A stretch of 33,090 nt of DNA from Lenisia limosa (lineage: Eukaryota > Protista > Breviatea). The notes under the pieces were generated by a model. It saw nothing but the letters and a program-made list of their open reading frames with translations, was not told the DNA's origin and searched no databases. The position numbers were made by a program, and so were the translations under genes. Location: NCBI GenBank assembly GCA_001655205.1, contig LPNZ01008139.1, forward strand, positions 1 through 33,090, given 5' to 3'. Positions within the stretch are counted from its first letter, which is position 1. Each line of letters begins with the position of its first letter. Shown here one piece after another: positions 23,665-33,090 of the stretch.

Positions 23665-23811
23665 TTTGAGGCTGGAAGGGGTAGTTGGCGCAAAGCAACA
23701 AAAAAAGAAAATTTGACAGGTTATACTCTTGACCGTATCTGAAACTTCTTCAAAGTTCAAACCGTTGCAATATTTAGCAGAAAACCAGAACAAACAATAA
23801 ACAATCAAACA
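23665..23811. promoter_or_regulatory. Inferred bidirectional promoter POLE3/NOC4
   Basis: 147 bp between divergent start codons. Confidence 0.5.
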
Positions 23812-26800
23812 ATGCAGGAACAAATTGTGAACTATATATGTCGTCACTTGGGGTTTCGAATAGCCAAAGTAGATTAAAAATGGGTTTTCGGTTTTGATGA
23901 GCTCCTTTCATCATTCTATCAAGTGAATATCTATATAGTATGGTTAAACGTGTGCCCAAAGAAGAAAAGACGGAAATTTCAGAGATCAACTCAACAATGG
24001 AGACTCTTCCAGAGGTTTGGTTTTATTTAAAACGACTTATTATTAACTAATATTAGTATAAACCGGCGTCAATTGAGATTTTACGCTCAAATAAACTGAA
24101 GCAGTTTCTGACGACTCTTAAAGAAAAAGCAAAGGTCCGCTGGTGTTGCATTACTGACATTGTCATCTAAAAATGAAAATAACTCAAGTAGACGGAGCTT
24201 TCTGCTGACGAACGACCAGCTCCTCGTGAAGTGGAGCAAGTTGTTGAAGCTATTCTTGACACCCATCAGATCACCCAAGAGCTCAAGGTTTGCCAGGCCG
24301 GGTCAGGATTCTTCTTCATCCGTTTGTTTTTGGATGGATATATGCCGCAAACAATAGATATTCGCTGGTGCCACATGTACACAGATATTTGTTTTTGTTT
24401 CATCGTAGCAATGATGCTAATGAAACCAGTCGAACCTTTCAGTCTCTTTCAGTCGCTTTGAGGACTTGAGAATTGTGGCTCTTCATTCTATCAAGTAGGA
24501 CTATTTGCCAGCAAACTTTTTACAGATGAGTTGTTAACACATCAGGGACATGTGTATGAAGAGAAGCAGGTTATACCCCATGGACCAGGAGCTTCCTGAG
24601 AAAGTAGGCAATTAATTCCTTGCTTGATAGAGGTGGTGGTAGCTGATTCGAGTTTGCGCAATAATTATCAATCTCCTTATTTTGTAATGTTTGAATGTCT
24701 TGTATCGGTTTGACCATTTTAGACCGTCAGAGCGCTCAACAGAGTTACTTCAAATGCAGCCCATTTCTTGGAACTCCTGTTCAGCGAAACACCCAGCAAA
24801 GGCAAGTTCTTCCCGGTACACTGGGTTCCCTGTTTAGTCTTATCCATGGTCCTTCATCACAACTGTTCATATTAAATGCCTTTTGTTTTATTTAATCTTA
24901 TTTCGCCAGGACCGAATGTCCGAAGTTGGCGTACCTGCTGCCAAAAGAAAGGTAGATAAACNNNNNNNNNNNNNNNNNNNNNNNNNNNNNNNNNNNNNNN
25001 NNNNNNNNNNNNNNNNNNNNNNNNNNNNNNNNNNNNNNNNNNNNNNNNNNNNNNNNNNNNNNNNNNNNNNNNNNNNNNNNNGGATGTTCTTGTTTTGTTT
25101 ATTATCATTTGAATAGCATGATCGAGATATCAGGGGCAATATGACTGTATGGTCGTGATATCAGGGGCAATATGATTGTCAGTGGAATGCACACTTGAAT
25201 TGTGATTGCATTTTTCTAAATATTCGACCAATGACTCTTTAGGGAAGCCTGGAAGACTCTCCTGCGCCTTCCTGTCGACAAAGAAACATACCAGTACATT
25301 CTCTCCATCTCACACACTCACGTGAGCTTTTTGCTTTTGGTGCCTCTTTTCCCTTTTGTTTGAAGTATCGAATGCTAAGTAGCCATGATGTCAAGCAACC
25401 ATTTTCCTCTGCATACTGCTCTAATCCTTCAGATTATTCCCAACGTACAGTCCCCCCTCTTCCTCTCCGACTTCCTTATCAAATCCTACGATTATGGTAT
25501 GCAGGATGCGGAGATGAATTGAGAATTAATATTGTTCAAAGCAGTATTAGATTCCTCCTGATCTTATTGATGTCTCATTTCATTCCCATATTGTCTTACC
25601 TAAATGGGGCTCCATATTTCCATTTATGACGAAAAAAAAAACAACAACTTGCTGTTATCTTCTGTGCATATGGCTGCTCACCCCAACAGGAGGTGTCATT
25701 GCCATGGAGGCTCTCCACGGTCTTTTTGTCCTCATTAGCAAGCACAAGTTCGAATGTCCATCGTTCTACCCCAGGTTTGTTGCTCGACATACTCCACAAT
25801 TAGTCAGAGCTTCTTTCTTGTGAATCTCATTTTTTAGACTTTATAAACTTATCAAGCCTGGGGCTTTTGTGATCGAGCAAAAAGAGAAATTTTTCCCCCT
25901 TGTCGACCTTTTCCTCTCATCCACGTCAGTTTTGGGCCTGTTTCTTGCGCTCGATATCGTGATGAATGTGACGTTTATGATGCCAAAGAGGAGGATATAA
26001 TTGTTATGCAATTGATTGGATGGGAAAATTATGTGACCGGTCCTAAATAGGACTTTTTATCGCGGTTCAAGACCTGTTTGAGAGAATACTGCATTGATCC
26101 AGCTCTTATCCTCGCAGCCATCTTCCCTCCTACATCGCCGCCGCCTTTTGCAAACGTTTCGCTCGCCTCTGTCTTCACTACGGCCCCTCAGGTCTGCTAA
26201 AATTGACTGAAATTTCGTTACATCTCTAATTTTCGATATTTCCCAAAGTTTTTTGCTGTAGCGGTTTGAGTTAAATGGTATCGTAAAAGACCCTGAAATT
26301 TTGATGCTTTCTTTATGCCCTCATCTGTATCTATTCTTGATATTTAACTCTTATAGTTGCTCTTGTCGTAATTCCTCTGATCTACAATCTCCTGAAGCGT
26401 CACCATAAGATCCGATTCCTCTATAGAAGTGATGTCGGTATGCACTGAGGAGGGGGTGCATAGAAGTGATGTCGGTATGCACTGAGGAGGGGGTGCATTG
26501 TGGGAATGTCCTGTTGCTTTGCTTTGTCAATACATGAAGTTCCCAGAGTCTCTTTGAAGTACTCTCATATTTCTCTCCAGTTTGGTCTAAATGCGTGTTA
26601 TTCATGTTTTGCAGAGCGTGAAGAGTACAAATATGTTTCCAAGGAAGACAAAGCTGCAGCTGCCCAGAAGGAGGCTGCTGAGGTGGGTCAATGCTAAAAA
26701 ACAATCTTCCCAAACTGGGGGCTTTTTTTGAGTGCAACATGCAAAACCGTTATCTTGACCTGCTCTGTTTTTGCAACTATTGAACCTGTGGGTCAAAAAA

Positions 26801-28255
26801 AAAAAAGCCCCTGCTAAGCTTGTGAATATTTCGATATGTTACAGGCCTAACCGACTTGCAGCTCCTTGCGGAAGCGGAAGCAGCAGCTCATTTGGTTGTG
26901 GAGGAGGAAAAGAAGTCCTTGAAGCGCAGACCGGAGGATGAAAACACGAAAGCAGCTAAAAAGACGAAGGGGGAACAGAAGGAGGAGAAGAGTCTCAAGA
27001 GAAGACCAGAAGAAGAAGATGAGAGTGTTGCGAAGAAGGTGAAAGAATGTCATGAAGAGACTAAGGAGGAGAAGAAGGAGAAATCAAAGAAACCTGCTAA
27101 GAAGGTGGACCCAATGCATGAGGATACCTTCCAAGTAAGTCGGATTATGAGAATTATTTTCATTATTCATGAAGTATTCGGTCTTGATTGCTGGTGTCAG
27201 TGTACTATAAACAGTATCCTTTCTTACACAATGATGTGGTAGGTTCGACCCGATCTATAACATCTTGGAACATTGGATGTCATAACAGCTTCTTTATAAC
27301 TCGAATGGCCTTGACCAATCTTCATCACGACTCTTCACCTATGTTTACAATGACCCCCCAGGCCCATTGCGATAACCTTGAGAAGTGTGGTGCTATGGAG
27401 TCTTCCCTTTGGGAGTTGACTGTATGGAGAGGGGACTGTTGTCAGAGGAAGTACCTAGTTTTCCACTTTGTTTTTGTGGCAATAGAACATTTTCAAGACA
27501 CCCAGTTTTTATTTCTCTAATAAACTCCTTGCAAGCTACTGATTTGTTTACNNNNNNNNNNNNNNNNNNNNNNNNNNNNNNNNNNNNNNNNNNNNNNNNN
27601 NNNNNNNNNNNNNNNNNNNNNNNNNNNNNNNNNNNNNNNNNNNNNNNNNNNNNNNNNNNNNNNNNNNNNNNNNNNNNNNNNNNNNNNNNNNNNNNNNNNN
27701 NNNNNNNNNNNNNNNNNNNNNNNNNNNGAGGTCGACTCGTTCTCTCAGATGAACCATCACAAGGTGGGAATGTTGATACGTCCGACAGTCAAGTACAAGG
27801 AACATAGCTGAAAATTTAATCCAAAGCCAAACTCTTTTTCTGATCATTACAGCTCTTCCAAACTGAGATCAAGCGCAAGTTGAAAGAGAGCCCAATTGCT
27901 ATGTACGAGCCTGAAGGTGAGAGGCGGTCGTGTCCCCCCCCCCCTCCACCTCTCTCTCTCTCTATGTATGGGTGGTGGCAAGAACGGTTGACACTTTCTT
28001 CTCTTGAGCGGTTTAAATTGTGTTAGCTTACAATAAGTTAGATTTACTTGTTGGATCTTTGTTTTTGAGAACCTTATTGATGTCTCACCAACCAGGTATT
28101 TTCAATGCCGAAAATGAAGTTATACCTACTATTGTATCTTTGTTGAGAAACTTTTCCTTCAATCCTTCCTGTTGTCTCACCGCCCAGGTATTTTCAATGA
28201 TGCTTGCTTCAGTGATTGGGAAGCTCCAGTGACGGAGGAGATCTTCAAGGAGTAG
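23812..28255 (+). CDS. NOC4: Nucleolar complex protein 4 (CBF/Mak21 domain), multi-exon
   Basis: EAWKTLLRLP...|IIPNVQSPLFLSDFLIKSYDY|GGVIAMEALHGLFVLISKHKFECPSFYPR|LYKLIKPGAFVIEQKEKFFPLVDLFLSST|HLPSYIAAAFCKRFARLCL; LIYNLLKRH; AMESSLWEL; LFQTEIKRK; terminal exon 28188-28255. First exon 23812-23852 joined to 23924 gives ICRHLGEYL (compare human CCNRLGELL). Confidence 0.92.
25129..25176 (+). repeat. Intronic tandem duplication in NOC4
   Basis: GATATCAGGGGCAATATGA occurs twice in close succession; boundaries approximate. Confidence 0.8.
26423..26498 (+). repeat. 37-bp perfect tandem duplication spanning a NOC4 exon end and donor
   Basis: ATAGAAGTGATGTCG|GTATGCACTGAGGAGGGGGTGC x2. Confidence 0.92.
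28081..28199 (+). repeat. Duplicated NOC4 terminal acceptor and exon start, 92-bp spacing
   Basis: TGTCTCACC(AA/GC)CCAG|GTATTTTCAATG at 28081 and 28173. Confidence 0.8.
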
Positions 28256-28377
28256 TGTTCAGTTCGGTTTTGTTTTCTTCTAATGGTGATCTATTTCTAA
28301 GTCCATCAACTGGGTATTTTTGGTAGCTAAAGTCTTTTTTATGAGATTATTCAAACCCCAATCCCCAGTTCCAGCAA

Positions 28378-31300
28378 ATGCTCAAACAAGCATCATTATT
28401 AAAACATTATTATATTTTAAGATGTTTTTTAGATGTTTTCGGATTTGGCAACAATACTTCAATACCTTTGCCTGATGGTGATGATTTGGGGTTGGTAATA
28501 AAAACCAAGCTGGGGGTTGTGAGGGTTGCAGCCCCTCCCCCCCCCCCCGGCCGGGGTGCTGCCTTTTCTTGACAAAAAAACACACCGCCCTCAAAATCAA
28601 AAAGTTGAATCACAAAGTGAGCAAGAACAAGAGCACAAACCCAGCAACCTCTCAGCCAAGAATTGCCCCCCCCATTAAGATATGATATCTCAGTTCGACA
28701 TCTCAATTTACGAGCTCCCTCTGAAGCTGCGCTCTGCATGGGGGTTGGTGGAGGGTTTGATTCTTCTTGCATAATACAGGATATGTTTCATTTATAATAT
28801 TGTAGTTCTCAAAATTCTACCACTCTATGGACAACATATCTAACCCCTACCTCTATATGGTGGAGGTAGATACGATGTTTATTATTTTATGTTATTTCCC
28901 AATAGACTTCCCCCTTTAAATTATTTGGTCACCCAGAGAATGACCACATGGACAAAGCGTTGCGGTTTCTAAATATTTAGAACAAGTCACTCAACAACAA
29001 CAGAACGCCGCAACCTTGCGTGCAAGGTCTCCTTGAAAGTACGCTTTTAGAGATCCATTGTTGACGGATCTTCCCTGTCGTTGCTATTTGCTGACTATCT
29101 CATCATTATTTAATTCTCGCTTTATCACATCATTTGTCTTGAGTGTCTTGTTATATTTGTTACAAGTTTAATTTGTTTGATTCCTCGCTATATGGGGAAA
29201 CATTATTATAGGGGAGCTTGAGCTCTTTTATAAGAGCAAGTCTTGTTTTATTGACTTATTTATGCTTTCTCAACTGACTATCTAAGACAGAGAAGGGGGT
29301 CTTTGTTGGCTTTGGAGAAGCGGGGCTCCCGCCATTCAAGCCTGGATGCTACTACGGCACGGTGGAGTCGTGCTTGGAGTTTGCTGCATTGTTAAAAACT
29401 AGGGTTTTGGAAGGTGCACTTGAGATGGCCAAAACCAACTTCTTTTCGGGGAATGCCGGTGGGAACAGTGAAAGATAATATCACATCTACCATATTATCA
29501 AAAAGTATACGATGTGTAATATTATTTTTATAGGAAACTAACACCGAAATAGGTAAGGAGCTTAAGCAAGAGGCTAGTAACCTTCTTGCTACCATGGACC
29601 GAACTGGAGATTTCTCTGTAATGGAGCACCGGCCGTGTAGATGCATGATTGAAATGGTTTGGGAGTTAGACTTTTTCCTTTTAATGGTTTCCTTTACTCT
29701 ACCTTATCTAAACACTTGTAAGTGTTAAATTTTTTTTATTCTCTGAGCTGTTACTTCAGGGAGAAGGGGGGGGGGTAATTATTCAGCACTGTTGCGTCAA
29801 AAACTCATTCCGCTTCATTTTTGAATTACTTCAATGATATATTCTGTGTTCTTTTTCTCACTATCAGGCCATTTTCGATGCTGTTGGTGTCGCTTGCGGC
29901 GAAACACTCTACGAACTTCTTAGTCTTGAGGAACCTAAGAAGGTGCGAGGGATCATAATATGGTGGCGATGTAAAGATAGATAGCATTTGATAATTCCCA
30001 ATTAGATTCACTCTCTCAATGACCTATAATGAAATTTATTCTTAAGTTCTCTGAATGACTGCATTATATCAGGATTCTTTCCTTGTTGGGAGCTATTACA
30101 ATTTAATTAATTCATATATTTAGGGTGGCTTTATCACAGTGTCTCTGAAAGAGAACATTGACGAAATGGTTGAGGAGCTCTGTAACTTCAGTAAAATGAC
30201 AAACCATATCAAGGTGGGAGCTAAGCTTCAGATGAAAGCAATTGTTTTATTTGTCATAAAAAAACTACTGTATTTCCAGTTGATGCATTGTTGTCCTACC
30301 ACGTGCCCCACAAATGGCACATGCTTAGGACATTTGTGGGGGTTAGATAATATATGATCGAACAAGGTATTGGTTCATTTGTAAATGTGATGATGGTCAA
30401 AAGAATTTGTGAGTTCAAAGATGACCTGACATTCACTCCGTTCCCCCAGATCAAGCTGAATAATGACTTCACAAAGTGCGTCGACGTACTCAGTGCGCTT
30501 GACAGGAAGTGTAAGGAGCTTGAGGCTGGAGGCGCAAAGTTCTGTTTATGGGCAATTGATGCTAATGCTGGTGGGTAGCTGATCTATTATGCTTCATGTT
30601 ATCATTTGGTAATATTAATGAAAATGGTTAAAGCCACATTGGTGAAAGACTATTTATTTTATGAAGCCTAATAGTATCGAATGACTGAAGTAGGATGGGA
30701 TGCCGAATTTTGCATGGCTATTCTGGACATCCTTCAAAAGTACCAAGCAAGGATTTTCATGATCGAACAGCCCCATCCCCTTGGCTTCCCAAAGGTTGGA
30801 TTATATGTACATATGATGTACATAAATATCATATCCATTGTTGCCGTTTTGATATTATTTCTGATTCCTCACAATTCCAGAGCTGTGAAGATGAGCTGAG
30901 CAAATGGGCGGACGTGAAAACGGCCTTCAACAACACTGATATGCCTATTGTTGCTGATGAGGTGTTCAATGGTAAGCTTTGGGTCTTTTTGTGCTGCTCC
31001 TTTGTTCCATGAATTAATTTTCTTCAACGTCATATAACATGTACAAACATACAATGCGCATATACAAACATACAATATATCACCGTTAAAATTAGGTTGT
31101 AGTTCCAAAACCTGTCGAATGACAGCAAGAATTGCAAACGAGCGTATATGATTAACATAAGAGAACAACAATTATGATTTTCAGAACGAAATCTTAGTTA
31201 AACTTAGAAAAAGGTAATAAATCGATGACATCATAATTTATGTTCAAATAACAATTATTTCGAAATATAACCTTCTTTAAATCGCACAGGTGCTGATGAC

Positions 31301-32326
31301 GTGTCCCTTCTTGCGCCTTATGTGGACGGTGTGAACTGTAAACTTGAGAAGTGCGGAGGACTGCGTTTCGGTGTTGAGGCCTTAAGAGCGGCTAAAGAAG
31401 CTGGCATGTTAGTAAGAGGGCTTAAACAATGCTTGATATTATTTGTACAAAATAGCAGTGAACCTTTATGAATTCGACATGATGTCATATACACAATACT
31501 TGGTTCTGACCTATTAGACATGGGTTGGAATGATGGTTGCCTCCAGTCTCAGGTTTGTTGAGTCATAGGACATATAATCGACCTTTTATTCACTTGTGAC
31601 TAGGCACACAGAAAGCTGTGTGCATAGAGTTGTAAGGCAAATGATTGCGTGAATTAATTAAACTATAATTCAATATCTCTTATTAGCGTGATAGTGTGGA
31701 TGGCTTCGGCCAGATACAACCTTGTTTTTTATTTCTCATTACTATATTTTATACTATATGATGATATATAAATTCACTATGTGTGTGTATTCCCATTCTT
31801 CCTTGAACTTTGATCTGATTTTCCGAATACCACTCCTAACAGAATACTACAAGATTAATATTTCGTGTTATACTGGTTATTTATACTTTTCAGCGCCACA
31901 GCCCACGCGCACTTGTTATCACTCACTGCGCGCGGAGGCGATGTTGATGGAAGTTTGCTATGTACCCCAGAATCCGATGTGAGTGGGGTAGTTCTGGCGT
32001 ACTTATTACGGATATTGCTTTCAAACAGATTACAAACAGATTAAATATTTTGAGTATGAAAGTGCAAAGTGGATACCAGTTTATTTTTTATTTTCATCAT
32101 TGAACAATGGCTCTTCGTTAACTCTCTTCAGTTGAAGGCTCGATTTAGGATATTTCGTGAATTTCGTTTATTGACCTGCTTTAATTGCCCTCAGCCCTTC
32201 ACGACGTCAGTGGTTATTTCAAAGGGAAACGTCGCGGTACCGAACACTCCAGGCATCGGCTGTGTCCCCAAGCCCCAGGAGTTCAAGTGCCCCATTATGT
32301 CCTTTTCGTTTCAGGCTTATTTTTGA
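28378..32326 (+). CDS. Enolase-superfamily MLE-subgroup protein, L-Ala-D/L-Glu (dipeptide) epimerase-like, multi-exon
   Basis: FDISIYELPLKLRSAW|GTSHSTTTERRN; GFGEAGLPP; CRCMIEM|AIFDAVG; KxK motif HIK|IKL; metal ligands IDANAG|W, IEQP and VADE; second Lys in VNCKLEKCGG; GDVDGSLL; PNTPGIG. Start at 28378 (exon to 28518) is inferred. Confidence 0.88.
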
Positions 32327-32489
32327 TTCATGTGATATTATTATTTTCATTTGGCCTTGCACTCCCTCAAGTCGGTACGCCCACTTCTCTTCCTGCGAAA
32401 ATTATCTGTGATTAGAGCACAAGTGGTTATAGATACAGAAAGTCATAAGACTTGCTTTTTCACAGAATAGTATATGTGGGTCCTCAAAG

Positions 32490-33090
32490 CTCCGGACAGC
32501 ATTCAAAATTCACCGGACACATCAAAACTCCCGGACAGCTTGAAGTTAACCCCTTGTAGGGGTCAACGGTAATGTTTAATACAAAACTGGTTCGACAGAT
32601 ATAGAGAAAATGACCTCTTAATGTTCCCCTACTTTTTTTAAAAAAATTTGAGCAAGTGTCAAAAATCCGTGAATTTGGTCTCCCGGGGGTGTCCCCTTTT
32701 GCCTTTNNNNNNNNNNNNNNNNNNNNNNNNNNNNNNNNNNNNNNNNNNNNNNNNNNNNNNNNNNNNNNNNNNNNNNNNNNNNNNNNNNNNNNNNNNNNNN
32801 NNNNNNNNNNNNNNNNNNNNNNNNNNNNNNNNNNNNNNNNNNNNNNNNNNNNNNNNNNNNNNNNNNNNNNNNNNNNNNNNNNNNNNNNNNNNNNNNNNNN
32901 NNNNNNNNNNNNNNNNNNNNNNNNNNNNNNNNNNNNNNNNNNNNNNNNNNNNNNNNNNNNNATATCCTGTGATTATAACTGAAATTACTTTCGAAAATAA
33001 CAAGAAAATGAAGTTGATAGTACTTTTATTGGAAAATTCAAGCTGTCCGGGAGTTTTGATGTGTCCGGAGATTTTGAATGATGTCCGGAG
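32490..33090. mobile_element. Non-autonomous DNA transposon (MITE/foldback-like) with about 55-bp inverted arms; right end outside the window
   Basis: 32490-32544 (CTCCGGACAGCATTCAAAATTCACCGGACACATCAAAACTCCCGGACAGCTTGAA) is a near-perfect reverse complement of 33037-33090. Each arm has three CCGGACA subrepeats. No coding capacity is visible; the interior holds a 254-N gap. Confidence 0.75.

Noticed and set aside
23685-23691. E2F-like TTGGCGC upstream of POLE3
   Set aside because: A single 7-mer that misses the full TTTSSCGC consensus; not supportable alone.
24802-24909. GC-AG intron in NOC4 (AAG|GCAAGT)
   Set aside because: A GT donor a few bases downstream also gives an open frame (KTECPKLAYLLPKER) that joins the next visible exon in phase; undecidable without transcripts.
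25959-26117. Box C (GTGATGA) in a NOC4 intron as a possible C/D snoRNA
   Set aside because: No canonical downstream CTGA box D or terminal stem seen.
12202-32326. Racemase plus epimerase (and GNPTAB) as a functional gene cluster
   Set aside because: Unrelated folds and substrates, separated by four housekeeping genes; no evidence of co-regulation.
1235-32960. N runs as a biological signal
   Set aside because: They are assembly gaps or masking, often next to G/C homopolymers or repeats; they may hide exons (e.g. 2303-2419, 2772-2935, 27552-27727).

Overview
This window is intron-rich eukaryotic genomic DNA (exons mostly 40-150 nt, GT-AG introns, ten N gaps), probably from a unicellular eukaryote; the taxon cannot be determined here. 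The six-frame ORF track is mostly exon fragments and antisense shadows. Manual splicing recovers eight genes in order: a c-Myb/3R-type MYB transcription factor (+, 5' end outside the window); a GNPTAB-type GlcNAc-1-phosphotransferase alpha/beta precursor (-); an AMACR-like CaiB/BaiF protein (+); a CCA tRNA nucleotidyltransferase (-); a BAP31/BAP29-like ER protein (+); POLE3/DPB4 (-); NOC4 (+); and an enolase-superfamily dipeptide-epimerase-like gene (+). The window ends inside a non-autonomous element with terminal inverted repeats. Most notable: (1) the GNPTAB keeps the human site-1-protease site RQLK|D and two Notch/LNR repeats but has only a 21-aa spacer-1 and no recognisable DMAP domain; (2) a bacterial-type dipeptide epimerase occurs as a fully intron-split eukaryotic gene; (3) short tandem duplications repeatedly copy splice junctions in four genes; (4) POLE3 and NOC4 carry charged repeat expansions. 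Exon models were translated by eye and family assignments are from recalled motifs, not database searches. No prokaryotic features, CRISPR arrays, rRNA or tRNA genes were seen.
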